62,910 nucleotides of DNA from NCBI GenBank assembly GCA_043758955.1, contig JAYVML010000200.1, positions 1 to 62,910 on the forward strand, read 5' to 3'. Shown here in pieces: positions 22,423 through 31,263 of the stretch. How positions within the stretch are numbered: the stretch's first letter is position 1; each line of letters begins with the position of its first letter. The notes below the pieces were generated by a model. That model had not been told where the DNA came from, ran no database searches, and saw only the letters and a list, made by a program, of their open reading frames with translations. This DNA comes from Novosphingobium sp. (lineage in GTDB: Bacteria > Pseudomonadota > Alphaproteobacteria > Sphingomonadales > Sphingomonadaceae). The position numbers were made by a program, and so were the translations under genes.

Positions 22423-23418
22423 ATGGCATTCTTCAACTTGATCCGGCGCGGGTTGCCCGCAGTGGTGGCACTGGCGCTCAGCTTGATCGCCAGTCAGGTC
22501 TCGGCAGCTGCAATGCGTGAACCGGGCCACACAGCAAATTGGGCGGTCACGCCTGTCATCACCGCAGATCTCGACGCGCCATTGAGCGACGCCGAACCCC
22601 CGCCCCCACTGGCCAAACCATTCGCGGCGGCGAAGCGCGCTGAACCAGTGGCGCAAAACTTCGTTTGCGCGGTGACCGCTGCCAGCTGCAATTATCAGCC
22701 GCTGATGACCCCGGTCCGCAATCAAGGCCGCTGCGCAAGCTGCTGGGTGTTTGCCACTATGGGCGCTTGGGAAGGCACTTACGCGCTGCGCTATGGCGTC
22801 CAGATCGACGCGTCCGAACAGCAAATGCTCAACTGTACCGGCCGGAATAACACGTGCGCTGGCGGCTTTTGGGGCGATGCCCTAGCGCTGATGACGGCCA
22901 GCCCGATTGGCCCCGAAGCGGCGCAGCCATACCGCGGAAAATCGGGCAAATGCCAGTCCAATCCGGCCAGTCCGTACAAAGTTGCCGCCTGGGGGTTTAT
23001 CAGCGTAGCGGCCACCCCGCCGCCGGTCGCAGCACTCAAACAGGCGCTCGTAGAGCATGGTCCGGTCATCGCCGGGATCAGCGCGACCTCCGCGTTCGAG
23101 GCCTATACCGGCGGCGTGTTCAACGAAACTGGCACTGCGCCGATCGATCAAGCGGTGGTGATTGTCGGCTGGGACGATCAGCGCCAGGCGTGGCGGGTGC
23201 GCAACAGCCGCGGCACCGCGTGGGGCGAGGCAGGCTATGCGTGGGTCGCTTTTGGCAGCAACAACCTGGGCGCGTGGGCAACCTGGGTCCAACCCGAACC
23301 GCCGGGCGCCGTCGAGCTAATCAAGTCTTCGAGCGAAATTGCGGTCATTGTTCGCAATCGCTCAGCTCGGCTGGCGCAAAGTTTGGTCGCAATACCGTTT
23401 GTTGCGGTAAATCGCTGA
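22423..23418 (+). CDS. Secreted papain-like (C1) peptidase homologue with catalytic His replaced by Gln
   Basis: Signal peptide; TPVRNQGRCASCWVF, SEQQMLNC, C.GG, HGPV, YTGGVF, IDQAVVIVGW, RNSRG..WGE.GY. Confidence 0.85.
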   Translation: MAFFNLIRRGLPAVVALALSLIASQVSAAAMREPGHTANWAVTPVITADLDAPLSDAEPPPPLAKPFAAAKRAEPVAQNFVCAVTAASCNYQPLMTPVRNQGRCASCWVFATMGAWEGTYALRYGVQIDASEQQMLNCTGRNNTCAGGFWGDALALMTASPIGPEAAQPYRGKSGKCQSNPASPYKVAAWGFISVAATPPPVAALKQALVEHGPVIAGISATSAFEAYTGGVFNETGTAPIDQAVVIVGWDDQRQAWRVRNSRGTAWGEAGYAWVAFGSNNLGAWATWVQPEPPGAVELIKSSSEIAVIVRNRSARLAQSLVAIPFVAVNR

Positions 23419-23464
23419 ATTCGGAAAAGCGCCGCAATGCCACCAGCCGGCCCGCAAATGCACC

Positions 23465-23869
23465 ATGACGGATAACTTGCTAGAGTCGCCCGGCGGCGCT
23501 AATCGCCCGCTCTTCCGCTTTGGGGGACCCGAAATCTTGCCTGCCAGTCCCATCCCTGCCAGCCAGCACAGCTTGTCCGGCCCGGCTGAGACGCTCGACG
23601 CGCCGCATTGGCCGGTGCGCGGGGACTTGGCGCATGTGCGGCTCGCCGGGCGGGTATTCGTGCCGCATTATGCCGTGCCGATGGCGCGCACAGTGATCGC
23701 CGCGGGGGCCGATTTGTGCGTGGCGGGACAAACTGCGGCGGAGGTGCGAGCGGCGCTTAGCGGCGGGGCGCTGTTTAACGTGCTCGATATTTCGGGCGGC
23801 TGGGCCTGGGGTCAGGTCGGCGAGGACGGGTTTGTCGGCTATCTGCCGCTCGGTGCGCTGGAGCCGTGA
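23465..23869 (+). CDS. SH3b-domain protein resembling the N-terminal part of alphaproteobacterial NlpC/P60 proteins
   Basis: RGDLAH..LAG.VFVPHYA and F.VLDISGGWAWGQ..DGFVGY; ends with no catalytic domain. Confidence 0.75.
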   Translation: MTDNLLESPGGANRPLFRFGGPEILPASPIPASQHSLSGPAETLDAPHWPVRGDLAHVRLAGRVFVPHYAVPMARTVIAAGADLCVAGQTAAEVRAALSGGALFNVLDISGGWAWGQVGEDGFVGYLPLGALEP

Positions 23870-24789
23870 CGCACAGCGTGTTCGTCGACGGCGCGGCCGG
23901 AACCACCGGGCTCGAGATCGTCGAGCGGTTAGCCGGACGCAGCGACTTCGAGTTGCTGGTCCTTGACGACGACCAGCGCAAAAGCGCCGATGCCCGGCGC
24001 GACGGGTTTCACGCCGCCGATTTTGCCGTGCTGTGCCTGCCCGATGAGGCGGCGATCGAAGCGGTGGCACTCGCGGATGGAAGCAAAGTGCGGATCATCG
24101 ATGCTTCGTCGGCGCATCGCACCGCGCCGGGCTGGACCTACGGTTTCCCCGAGCTGATCGGGCGCGACAAGGTGGCGGCGGGTACCCGTGTGACCAATCC
24201 GGGCTGCTACCCAACCGGGTTCCTCGCGCTGCTCGCCCCGCTGGTGCGGCACGGCTTGCTGCCCGCCAACTGGCCCTATCTGTGCCATGCGGTATCGGGC
24301 TATTCGGGCGGCGGCAAAGCGATGATCGCGCGGTTCGAGGCCGAGCCTGACCTGGCCTACCGCGATTACGGGCTGGGTCTAGGGCACAAGCATGTGCCCG
24401 AAATGCAAAAGTATGCCGGACTGGCCTATCCGCCGGTGTTTGCTCCCGCTGTAATCCCGGCCTACCGCGGCATGGTGGTCGAAGTGCCGTTGCACCTGGC
24501 GCAGATGGAGCGCGCCGCGCCCACCGACGGCCTGCGCGATCTGCTGGTTGATTTCTATAAGGATAGCACAGTGGTGCACGTCCACGAGGACACCCCCGAC
24601 GAATTGCTGCTGCGCAGGTCAGCCGCACCGAGCGACCGGCTCGACCTCTATGTGTTCGGCGCGCGCGACGGCAACCAGGCCCGGCTGGTCGCCATGCTCG
24701 ACAATCTCGGCAAAGGCGCCAGCGGAGCGGCGGTGCAGAGCCTCAACCTGATGGCGGGACTGCCCGAAACGGCTGGGTTGGTCTTGTAA
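23866..24789 (+). CDS. argC: N-acetyl-gamma-glutamyl-phosphate reductase (type 2)
   Basis: DG..GTTG, IIDASSAHR, YGFPE, NPGCYPTG, SGYSGGG, DNLGKGASGAAVQ. Confidence 0.96.
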   Translation: MTHSVFVDGAAGTTGLEIVERLAGRSDFELLVLDDDQRKSADARRDGFHAADFAVLCLPDEAAIEAVALADGSKVRIIDASSAHRTAPGWTYGFPELIGRDKVAAGTRVTNPGCYPTGFLALLAPLVRHGLLPANWPYLCHAVSGYSGGGKAMIARFEAEPDLAYRDYGLGLGHKHVPEMQKYAGLAYPPVFAPAVIPAYRGMVVEVPLHLAQMERAAPTDGLRDLLVDFYKDSTVVHVHEDTPDELLLRRSAAPSDRLDLYVFGARDGNQARLVAMLDNLGKGASGAAVQSLNLMAGLPETAGLVL

Positions 24790-24872
24790 CGTCTTCCCGG
24801 GTTTGCCCCGGGATCGCGGACCTCCAGGTCGTACCACGCGGCCAGCCATCCCGGGGCAAGCCCGGGAAGACG
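24790..24872. repeat. REP-like palindrome, family A copy 1
   Basis: CGTCTTCCCGGGTTTGCCCCGGGAT ... ATCCCGGGGCAAGCCCGGGAAGACG; 25-bp inverted arms with one mismatch. Confidence 0.85.
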
Positions 24873-24911
24873 TGATTAAAAATTAGGCAACCGCTGCTCA
24901 AAATTCAGGCA
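24873..24911. promoter_or_regulatory. Tandem NtrC-like binding sites upstream of glnB
   Basis: TGATTAAAAATTAGGCA (24873-24889) and TGCTCAAAATTCAGGCA (24895-24911); 17-mers 22 bp apart resembling TGC-N11-GCA. Confidence 0.7.
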
Positions 24912-25027
24912 AGCATCCGGGCATTGGGCAACAGGTTTATTGCGCGGCGAAGCGCGGCGCGATTCAAATCTTGCGATTCCACCCTTTTCGCAAGCGCACG
25001 CATGGCCTAGGGCCGTCAGCATGCCGC

Positions 25028-25043
25028 TGGCACGATTCTTGGA
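25028..25043 (+). promoter_or_regulatory. Sigma54 (-24/-12) promoter for glnB-glnA with a variant -12 element
   Basis: TGGCACGATTCTTGGA = GG-N10-GG (consensus TGGCAC-N5-TTGC), about 120 bp downstream of the NtrC-like sites. Confidence 0.7.
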
Positions 25044-25102
25044 TAACCAGGGTCGGCGCGGGCGTTGAACCATCCGGGCCGCTTTCTCCCACAGGAGGAT
25101 AG

Positions 25103-25474
<372 letters not shown>

Positions 25475-25533
25475 ATTTTCCATTCCAGCAATCACCCTGG
25501 CCCGGGCGGGCCGGGACCATCGAAGGACGAAGC

Positions 25534-26955
25534 ATGGCCAAGGCAAAAGACATTCTCAAGCGGATCAAGGAAGAAGAGATCGAGTGGGTCGATCTGCGCT
25601 TCACTGACCCCAAGGGCAAGTGGCAGCACCTGACCATGGTGGCCGCGGTAATCGGCGAGGACGAGCTGGAAGACGGGCTGATGTTCGACGGTTCCTCGAT
25701 CGAAGGCTGGAAGGCGATCAACGAAAGCGACATGATCCTCAAGCCCGATCTGGACGCGGTCTATATCGATCCGTTCAGCGCGACCCCGATGATGATCATC
25801 TGCTGCGACATCGTCGAGCCTTCGACTGGCGATCTCTATGCCCGCGATCCGCGCTCGACCGCCAAGCGCGCCGAAGCCTTCGTCAAATCGACCGGCGTGG
25901 GCGACACCGTCTATGTCGGCCCCGAAGCGGAATTCTTCCTGTTCGACGACGTGCGCTTTTACGATGACTATGATGGTAACGGCTTCCGGATCGACGACAT
26001 CGAGCTGCCGACCAATGGCAACCGCGATTATGTCTCGGAAACCGGCAGCGGCAACCTGGGCCACCGTCCCCGCGCCAAGGGCGGCTATTTCCCCGTCGCC
26101 CCGGTTGATAGCTGTGTCGATATCCGCGGTGAAATGGTCTCGACCATGATCGAGATGGGCCTGCCCTGCGACAAGCATCACCACGAAGTTGCCTCGGCGC
26201 AGCACGAACTGGGGCTGACCTATGGCACGTTGGTGCAAACCGCCGACCGGATGCAGGTTTACAAGTACGTGGTGCAGCAGGTCGCGCAGGCTTACGGCAA
26301 GACCGCCACGTTCATGCCCAAGCCGATCAAGACCGACAACGGGTCGGGCATGCACACCCACATTTCGATCTGGGACGGCGGCAAGCCGCTGTTTGCGGGC
26401 AATGGCTATGCCGGGCTCAGCGATATGTGCCTGTACTTCATCGGCGGCGTGATCAAGCACGCCAAGGCGCTCAACGCCTTCACCAACCCCACCACCAACA
26501 GCTACAAGCGGCTGGTCCCGGGTTACGAAGCCCCGGTGCTGCTGGCCTATTCGGCACGCAACCGCTCGGCCTCGTGCCGCATTCCGTATGGCACGGGTGA
26601 CAAGGCCAAGCGCGTGGAGTTCCGCTTCCCCGATGCGATGGCCAACCCGTACCTGTGCTATGCCGCGCTGCTTATGGCCGGGCTCGATGGGATCAAGAAC
26701 AAGATCCACCCGGGCGAGGCGATGGACAAGAACCTGTACGATCTGCCGCCGGCCGAATTGGCCGAAGTGCCGACGGTGTGCGGTTCGCTGCGTGAGGCGC
26801 TCGATTGCCTCGAAGCCGATCATGATTTCCTGATCCAGGGCGGGGTCTTCACCAAGGACCAGATCGAAGCCTATATCGAGCTCAAGTGGCCCGAAGTGAT
26901 GCGCTGGGAAACCACACCCTCGGCGGTCGAATTCGATATGTATTACAGCGCTTAA
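25534..26955 (+). CDS. glnA: Glutamine synthetase type I
   Basis: [48 protein letters not shown] adenylylation site. Confidence 0.98.
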   Translation: MAKAKDILKRIKEEEIEWVDLRFTDPKGKWQHLTMVAAVIGEDELEDGLMFDGSSIEGWKAINESDMILKPDLDAVYIDPFSATPMMIICCDIVEPSTGDLYARDPRSTAKRAEAFVKSTGVGDTVYVGPEAEFFLFDDVRFYDDYDGNGFRIDDIELPTNGNRDYVSETGSGNLGHRPRAKGGYFPVAPVDSCVDIRGEMVSTMIEMGLPCDKHHHEVASAQHELGLTYGTLVQTADRMQVYKYVVQQVAQAYGKTATFMPKPIKTDNGSGMHTHISIWDGGKPLFAGNGYAGLSDMCLYFIGGVIKHAKALNAFTNPTTNSYKRLVPGYEAPVLLAYSARNRSASCRIPYGTGDKAKRVEFRFPDAMANPYLCYAALLMAGLDGIKNKIHPGEAMDKNLYDLPPAELAEVPTVCGSLREALDCLEADHDFLIQGGVFTKDQIEAYIELKWPEVMRWETTPSAVEFDMYYSA

Positions 26956-26978
26956 CCGTTGAGGATCGCTGCTTAACC

Positions 26979-27012
26979 GAGGCGTCCCGGGAAACCGGGG
27001 CGCCTCTTTTTT
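26979..27012 (+). terminator. Rho-independent terminator after glnA
   Basis: GAGGCGTCCCGG-GAAA-CCGGGGCGCCTC followed by T6. Confidence 0.9.
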
Positions 27013-27033
27013 GCACCGAATGAGCCGCGCCCC

Positions 27034-27059
27034 GGAACTTTCATGGGGGTTACGCAGTT
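27034..27059 (+). promoter_or_regulatory. EcfG/SigT-type general stress promoter (near consensus)
   Basis: GGAAC-N17-AGTT, about 45 bp upstream of the small membrane protein ATG. Confidence 0.6.
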
Positions 27060-27105
27060 TACCTATGCGCAGCCAGCGGTGGTTGCGGTTAGGGGAGTTT
27101 TTGAA

Positions 27106-27252
27106 ATGCTCGCAATTGCCATCGTTCTGTTCGTGCTTTGGGCACTCGGCTTTTTTGCCTTCCACGTGGCTGGCGGCTTGATCCATATTCTGTTGGTGAT
27201 CGCGCTGGTGGTATTCGTGGTGAATCTGGTCCGCGGCCGCAAAGCAATTTAG
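27106..27252 (+). CDS. 48-aa lmo0937/DUF5670-like two-TM membrane protein
   Basis: MLAIAIVLFVLWALGFFAFHVAGGLIHILLVIALVVFVVNLVRGR; GGGGAG RBS. Confidence 0.88.
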   Translation: MLAIAIVLFVLWALGFFAFHVAGGLIHILLVIALVVFVVNLVRGRKAI

Positions 27253-27367
27253 CCGCGCGAACCGGCCGCGCGAACACTTGCCCGGCCACTGCCGCAGGAA
27301 CGGTTTTCCTACAGCTCCCTGTTTTGCCTAATTGGCTGCCGCGATTCGCTATCACGGGAGCGGCAAC

Positions 27368-27955
27368 ATGGACTTGGCGGGAGATTTCTTTTCAGCGTTG
27401 CGGCGCATGAAAACACGGGGTTCGGTGCCGGAGGCGGCGCCGAACCCCGCTTTGCAAACAGCCGAGCAGCAAGCAAGCCCGGCCTCGGGCGGCGTTCTAC
27501 CTGCAATCGGGCGCGACGGCATCGCTCTGATCAAACGCTTCGAAGGCTGCGCGCGCAAACGCCGCGACGGCCAGTTTGAAGCCTATCCAGATCCCGGCAC
27601 GGGCGGCGCGCCCTGGACCATCGGCTGGGGCGCGACCGGCCCCGGTATCGCCCCTGAGACGCTGTGGAGCCAGGCCGAATGCGATGCGCGGCTGGAGCAA
27701 GATCTGGTCCGCTACGCCCGCGCAGTCGCCCGAGCGCTGAACGGAGCGCCCAGCACTCCGGGCCAGTTCGATGCTTTGGTCAGTTTTCATTATAACACCG
27801 GCGCGATTGCGAAGGCCACGCTGACCCGGCTGCACGTGGCCGGGCGTTATGGCGAAGCGGCGGCCGAATTCGGCCGCTGGGTCCACGCCGGGGGCCAGCG
27901 CCTACGCGGACTTGTGCGCCGCCGCGCGGCCGAAGCGGCGCTCTATCGCAGCTGA
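27368..27955 (+). CDS. Phage-type lysozyme (GH24 muramidase), orphan
   Basis: GIALIKRFEGC, AYPDPGTGGAPWTIGWG, QFDALVSFHYNTG, AAAEF.RW..AGG..LRGLVRRR.AE. Confidence 0.92.
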   Translation: MDLAGDFFSALRRMKTRGSVPEAAPNPALQTAEQQASPASGGVLPAIGRDGIALIKRFEGCARKRRDGQFEAYPDPGTGGAPWTIGWGATGPGIAPETLWSQAECDARLEQDLVRYARAVARALNGAPSTPGQFDALVSFHYNTGAIAKATLTRLHVAGRYGEAAAEFGRWVHAGGQRLRGLVRRRAAEAALYRS

Positions 27956-27960
27956 TATTT

Positions 27961-27986
27961 GGAACTAAGCAAGGCAGCTGTGCGTT
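27961..27986 (+). promoter_or_regulatory. EcfG/SigT-type general stress promoter (consensus)
   Basis: GGAAC-TAAGCAAGGCAGCTGTG(N17)-CGTT, then AGGAG RBS and ATG 28011. Confidence 0.8.
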
Positions 27987-28010
27987 TGTTTCCCGAAAAG
28001 GAGACTTCTC

Positions 28011-28994
28011 ATGCGCAACCTGCTGAGCGCGATCGCGCTAGCTGCCCTGGCCACTGCGGCCGTTCACGCCGACCCCGGCGGCGGTAAGGGCAATGGCGGC
28101 GGCCAAGATCATGGCGGCGGCAACGGTGAAAGCGTTGATCACGGAGGTTTCGAGCAATCCAAAGGACAGGACAGGCGCGAGGAACAAGGTAAAAGTGGCG
28201 GTAACGACCAGCGTGAGCACGCAGACCGCGCGACCCAACGTGGTTGGAGTGAGCAGGGCGATCAAGGTCGTTCGGACGATGGGCGGGGAAATGCTGAAGC
28301 AGGCAACGGGCGCGGACGGTTTGAGTCTCGGGACGTTAACGATCGGGGTGACACCGGGCAGCGTCGCTTTGGGCGTGACGACCGAGCCAACCAGCCGTTC
28401 GTCGGTTGGCGTGAATTTGACCGCCGCGGCCTGATTGCTGGGTGTCCGCCAGGGCTGGCCAAGAAGAACAATGGCTGCATGCCTCCGGGCCTCGCCAAGC
28501 AGAACCAATATGATCGCTATGACGCCAATTGGTGGGGTCTGCGCGGACTTAGCAACCTGTCGGGCTATCGCTATCTCGATGGCAGCCTGGTGCGGCTGGC
28601 ACCAGGCGGCGCGGTGCTGGACTATTATCCGCTGCTTGGCGGCGCGCTCTCGGCAGGGAATCCTTGGCCAAGCGCTTGGCAACCCACGCCGCTATCGCCC
28701 TATTATTCGGACTATTACGGACTGGGGAATGACTATCGCTATTTTGACGGCGCGATCTACCGGGTCGATCCTAACACCAATGCCATCCAAACCGTAGCCG
28801 CCTTGCTAACCGGTGACACCTTCACGGTCGGCCAGCGGATGCCTGCGGGATATAGCGCTTATAACCTGCCCTATCAGTATCGCGATCAATATGCCGATGG
28901 GCCTGACGCAAATTACCGATATAGCGATGGCTATGTCTACCAGACTGACCCCAAAACCCAGCTGATCCTCGCAGCAATCAAGTTGCTGAGCTAA
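28011..28994 (+). CDS. Secreted protein with Gly/charged low-complexity region, CPPGLAKK motif and Tyr-rich repeats
   Basis: Signal peptide (..AVHA-DP), GCPPGLAKKNNGCMPPGLAK, three YRY.DG repeats. Confidence 0.85.
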   Translation: MRNLLSAIALAALATAAVHADPGGGKGNGGGQDHGGGNGESVDHGGFEQSKGQDRREEQGKSGGNDQREHADRATQRGWSEQGDQGRSDDGRGNAEAGNGRGRFESRDVNDRGDTGQRRFGRDDRANQPFVGWREFDRRGLIAGCPPGLAKKNNGCMPPGLAKQNQYDRYDANWWGLRGLSNLSGYRYLDGSLVRLAPGGAVLDYYPLLGGALSAGNPWPSAWQPTPLSPYYSDYYGLGNDYRYFDGAIYRVDPNTNAIQTVAALLTGDTFTVGQRMPAGYSAYNLPYQYRDQYADGPDANYRYSDGYVYQTDPKTQLILAAIKLLS

Positions 28995-29013
28995 GCCCCT
29001 GCAGGAGCAAACG

Positions 29014-29562
29014 ATGATGCGCATATCCCCACTCATCGCCGGCGCTGCGCTGCTGGCTGGGTCCGCCTGTTCCAAGCCTGCGGACAAGACCGATCCGGCC
29101 GCGATGGGCAAGTCGGACAGTTCGCTGGAAGCAACGATCGCTGGCGATGCCCAGTTCAAAACCCTGGCCGCCGGGCTCAAGTCCACTGGTCTTGATGGGG
29201 TCTTTTCGGGCAAGGGCAATTACACGGTGCTCGCTCCAACCGAATCGGCGTTTAGTGCAATTGGCGACAAAACGGGCGGCCTGACCGCGACCGAGCAAAC
29301 CCCGGTGTTGGCCGCCGTGCTGCGCGGCCACATCATTCCCGGCACGCTGACTACGGGTGACATTGGCAAGGCGATTGACGCCAATGAAGGCAAGCCGATC
29401 AGCATGCGCACGATGGGCACCGGTTCGGTCAGCTTCGCGCGCAACGGGACGGACTTGAATGTTACTGCTGACGATGGCTCTACGGCAAAGTTAAATGGTG
29501 CCGGTATGACTGCCAGCAATGGGGAGGTTTTGCCTATCAGCGCGGTGCTCAAAAAACTGTGA
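29014..29562 (+). CDS. Fasciclin (FAS1) domain lipoprotein
   Basis: Lipobox-like GSAC; YTVLAPTESAF, HIIPG, ASNGEVLPISAVL. Confidence 0.88.
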   Translation: MMRISPLIAGAALLAGSACSKPADKTDPAAMGKSDSSLEATIAGDAQFKTLAAGLKSTGLDGVFSGKGNYTVLAPTESAFSAIGDKTGGLTATEQTPVLAAVLRGHIIPGTLTTGDIGKAIDANEGKPISMRTMGTGSVSFARNGTDLNVTADDGSTAKLNGAGMTASNGEVLPISAVLKKL

Positions 29563-29678
29563 CACGAATCTTCGTGCCGGTAGACATTGGCACCTGGGGC
29601 CGGGCAACAGGGCACCCGTGTAGCCCGGCCTGACGATTGCACCTTGCAATCTTTCGTCTCCCCCTAGAAGGTCAGCGT

Positions 29679-29698
29679 GTTTAACCGATCCCTTAAAG
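29679..29698. promoter_or_regulatory. Imperfect palindromic operator candidate upstream of the aldehyde dehydrogenase
   Basis: GTTTAACCGATCCCTTAAAG; closely matches 62637-62656. Confidence 0.5.
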
Positions 29699-29708
29699 GA
29701 GATTCGCG

Positions 29709-31133
29709 ATGCGCGAGAGGCTGCAGAATTACATCGATGGTAAATGGGTCGATAGCGAAGGCGGCACCCGCCACGAAGTGATCAGCCCCGGCACCGAAGA
29801 GGCGGTCAGTGCGATCACGCTGGGCACCAAGGCCGATGTCGATAAAGCCGTCGCCGCCGCGCGCCGTGCCTATAAAACTTTCCGCAAGACCACCCGCGAG
29901 GAGCGCCTCGCGCTGATGGAGCGGATTGTGGAGGAATACAAAAAGCGCAGCAAAGACCTGGCCCAGTCGATGGCCGAGGAAATGGGCGCACCGGTCAGTT
30001 TCGCCGAAATGGCGCAGGTTGGCGCTGGAATCGGCGGATTTGTGGGCACGATGGAAGCGCTCAAGAATTTCACCTTCAGCGAACAGCACGGCGCGAACAC
30101 CGTGGTTTACGAGCCGATCGGCGTGGTTGGCATGATCACCCCGTGGAACTGGCCGCTCAACCAGATTGCCTTGAAGGTCGCCCCGGCGCTGGCCGCGGGT
30201 AACACGATGGTGCTCAAGCCAAGCGAAGAATGCCCGACCAACGCGGCCATTTTTGCCGAAATCCTCGATGCCGCCGGCGTACCGCCGGGCGTGTTCAACC
30301 TGATCCAGGGTGATGGACCGGGCGTCGGCGCCGCGATCTCTGCGCACCCCGGGATCGATATGGTCAGCTTTACCGGATCGACCCGGGCCGGCATCCAGGT
30401 CGCTATCGCTGCCGCGCCAACGGTTAAGCGGGTCCATCAGGAATTGGGCGGGAAATCGCCCAACCTGGTGCTGCCCGATGCCGATTTCGCCACCGTGCTG
30501 CCCCCCACGCTGCAAGGCATCCTGGTCAACACCGGGCAAAGCTGCATCGCACCGACCCGCGTGCTGGTCCCGCGCGAACGCCAGGCCGAAGCTGCGGCCT
30601 TTGCCAAGGCGATGTTCGAGGCGACCCCGGTGGGCGATCCACTGGCCGAGGGCATGCACATCGGTCCGGTGGTCAATAAAGCCCAGTTCGACAAGATTCA
30701 GGACTTGATCCAGTCGGCCATCGACGAAGGCGCAACTTTGGTGACCGGCGGGACTGACCGTCCGGCTGACCTCAACCGGGGCTACTTCATCAAGCCAACG
30801 GTGTTCGCCGATGTCACCCCTGACATGCGCATTGCCAAGGAAGAAACCTTCGGTCCAGTCGCCACGCTGATGCCCTATGACGGGCTTGAGCAAGGCATCG
30901 AGATTGCCAACGACACGGCTTATGGGCTTTCAGCAGTGATCTCTGGCGATCCGGCCAAGGCGGCCGAAATCGCACCGCTGCTCGAAGCCGGGATGGTCGC
31001 GATCAACAACTGGGGTCCGGCTCCGGGCGCTCCGTTCGGCGGCTTCAAACAATCGGGCAACGGCCGCGAAGGCGGGCTGTTCGGCCTCAAGGACTTTATG
31101 GAAATCAAGGCGATATCGGGTCTGCCGGCCTGA
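29709..31133 (+). CDS. Aldehyde dehydrogenase
   Basis: ITPWNWP, KPSE, FTGST, ELGGKSP, GQSC, EETFGP, PFGGFKQSGNGREGG. Confidence 0.96.
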   Translation: MRERLQNYIDGKWVDSEGGTRHEVISPGTEEAVSAITLGTKADVDKAVAAARRAYKTFRKTTREERLALMERIVEEYKKRSKDLAQSMAEEMGAPVSFAEMAQVGAGIGGFVGTMEALKNFTFSEQHGANTVVYEPIGVVGMITPWNWPLNQIALKVAPALAAGNTMVLKPSEECPTNAAIFAEILDAAGVPPGVFNLIQGDGPGVGAAISAHPGIDMVSFTGSTRAGIQVAIAAAPTVKRVHQELGGKSPNLVLPDADFATVLPPTLQGILVNTGQSCIAPTRVLVPRERQAEAAAFAKAMFEATPVGDPLAEGMHIGPVVNKAQFDKIQDLIQSAIDEGATLVTGGTDRPADLNRGYFIKPTVFADVTPDMRIAKEETFGPVATLMPYDGLEQGIEIANDTAYGLSAVISGDPAKAAEIAPLLEAGMVAINNWGPAPGAPFGGFKQSGNGREGGLFGLKDFMEIKAISGLPA

Positions 31134-31156
31134 TCGGCTAGAGATTCGCAAGAATG

Positions 31157-31196
31157 CAAAACCCCTTCCCGCTGCGCGCGGGAAGGGGTTTTGTTT
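31157..31196. terminator. Bidirectional Rho-independent terminator
   Basis: CAAAACCCCTTCCCGC-N5-GCGGGAAGGGGTTTTG between convergent genes. Confidence 0.9.
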
Positions 31197-31263
31197 GGCG
31201 CCGGATCACTGGACTCAAGGTCTTGGCGGCGGCAGAATTTACGGCATGTAGGCTTAGTGCTAT

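Noticed and set aside
25492-27186. 564-aa ORF antisense to glnA, and similar long antisense ORFs at 29664-30893, 41661-43016 and 3538-4833
   Set aside because: Shadow frames of well-conserved high-GC genes, with no recognisable motifs.
27252-27275. GCCGCGCGAAC direct repeat as a LexA box upstream of the lysozyme
   Set aside because: GAAC spacing is N9, not the N7 of the alphaproteobacterial SOS box.
27297-27323. Third EcfG promoter directly upstream of the lysozyme
   Set aside because: GGAAC-N18-TGTT has a spacer one base too long and a mismatched -10; weak.
27106-27955. Prophage or GTA around the lysozyme
   Set aside because: No integrase, structural, terminase or spanin genes, and no att-like repeats seen; the flanks are host genes.
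29681-29696. CtrA box upstream of the aldehyde dehydrogenase
   Set aside because: Spacing is TTAA-N8-TTAA, not N7; better explained by the palindrome shared with 62637-62656.
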